A DNA stretch of 64,000 bases. Origin: the human T2T-CHM13v2.0 reference genome, Homo sapiens. The position numbers and the translations under genes were made by a program. The DNA lies in the NCBI RefSeq assembly GCF_009914755.1, contig NC_060928.1. One strand, written 5' to 3'. Shown here one piece after another: positions 62,399 to 64,000 of the stretch; the first letter of the stretch is position 1; each line of letters begins with the position of its first letter. The notes below the pieces were generated by a model that was given only the letters and a program-made list of their open reading frames with translations, searched no databases and was not told where the DNA came from.

Positions 62399-62399
62399 A

Positions 62400-64000
62400 T
62401 CTAATGAAAACATTGACAAAATATTTAAACAGACACATCACAAAAAAAATGGCCAATAAACACATGTAAAAGTTTTCAACATCCTCAGTTATCAAGGAAA
62501 CGTAAATTTAAAACCACTATATGATAACCCCACATACCCAACTGAATAGCTAAAATAAAAAAAAAAGAGCAAAAATTCAGGAGGCAGTAGGACAACTAAA
62601 ACACTCACATATTGCTAGCAGGAGTTAAAATGTTATTACCACTTTGGATATCTGTTGGGTAATTTCTTATAAAGTTTGTCATACATATGTTCTATGACCA
62701 GAAATTTAACTATGAAGTATTTACACAAGATCATTGGAAACATAAGATCACAAAAATATTCGTACGTGAATATGTTACAGCTGCTTTATTCATAACAGCC
62801 CCGAATTAGAAACAAGCCAATTTGTTTTGCCTACTGGAAAAAATATAAATTGTTTTCTAGTAAGACAATTAAATATTATTCATCAGTAAGTATGAGCAAC
62901 TGTTAAAACATGCAACAACAGAGATGAATCTGAAAAACATTATGTAAAGTAAAAGAAGTAAGACAAAAACAAGTATGAAAATCCACTGCTCAGCTTAGCT
63001 ACCGCAGAAAACAGTACAGCCTCAGATACTGCCCTTTTGGTTCCACACCATATCTGTACCAAGACAATGAATGCTTCCATGGACTGCTTCCAACCCTGAC
63101 TAAGCATGGTAAGGTACTCATGCTGGCCCATTTCTGCAAGACACAGGAGTCCTCTAATGAGTCACTTTGCCTTGGGGAAATTTAATGTGCTTAGCTCTAT
63201 TTTTTTCTTGGAATATTTGCAAATGTACTGTAGTAGGAGACTCTCTCTACCCAATATTTCTTTTTTTCTCTTCCTCTTCACATTTGTCATACCTGCATTA
63301 CAGTCTGAAGGCTTTCCATGTCTTCTCTGCATCATTCTCAATAAATTGTTTGCCATGTGTTAGAATGGCTTTTATCAAAAAGATGTAAGTGTTAGAGAGG
63401 ATGTGGGGAAGAGGAAACACATGAACACTGTTGATGGAAATATAAATTAGCACAGCCATTATGGTAAACGGAATGGAGTTTCCTCTAAAAATTAGAAATA
63501 GGGTTGACATATGATCCAATAATCCCACTACTAGGTATAGATCCAAAGGAAATAAAGTCAATATGTTGAAGAGATATCTGCACTCTCATGTTCATAGCAG
63601 CACTATGCACAATAACCAAGATATGGAATCAACCTAACTGTATATCAACAGATGAATGGACTAAAAAAATGAGCTACATATACACAGTAGAGTACTATTC
63701 AGCCATAAAAAAGAAAATTCTGTCATTTGTGACAAGATGAATCATGAATAAGTCTGGAGAGCATTTTGCATTTCCTAGAACACAAAGTACCAACTAGCTA
63801 TCACATTTGTCTATCTAATACTTTGGACTTTATCTAAAGTAAAAATTTCTGCTCATAAACAACTCTGTGAAAAAATGAAAAGGTAAATATAACAGTAAGA
63901 GAATGTATACAAAATACCTATATCTGATAAAAAAAAACTCATATCCCAAATATATAAAGGATCCCTATAGATAATCACACAAATATAAACAAACCATTTG
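62400..64000 (+). mobile_element. Old L1 3' fragments (L1ME-like ~62400-62985, L1MA-like ~63358-63745, L1M ~63820-64000)
   Basis: ATGGCCAATAAACACATG..TCAACATC; TTAGAATGGCTTTTATCAAAA..GAGGATGTGG..GATATCTGCACTCTCATGTT..GGAATCAACCTAA. Confidence 0.75.

Overview
AT-rich, gene-poor primate (human or great-ape) genomic DNA. No host protein-coding gene is supportable. Much of the window is interspersed repeat (L1, Alu, MaLR/ERVL/ERV1 solo LTRs, MIR, L2, CR1, DNA-transposon relics), with repeat-poor stretches at about 19-32 kb. There is a 5'-truncated U6 snRNA retrocopy with a TSD at 15.1 kb. The main structure is at 36.4-50 kb. A truncated L1PA5-like element had its 5' target site re-used by an AluYc/Yd-type Alu and was split by a full-length L1PA2/3 element. 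A second, L1PA2-like copy lies about 6.45 kb downstream in the same orientation. The two young L1s share many non-consensus substitutions, including a nonsense codon, yet differ at subfamily-diagnostic sites. The second copy begins at the same L1 coordinate where the first carries a templated-insertion scar, which suggests ectopic gene conversion or linked repair. Subfamily names come from recalled consensus sequences and need RepeatMasker/Dfam confirmation. I see no evidence of a new gene system; the novelties are structural and evolutionary.
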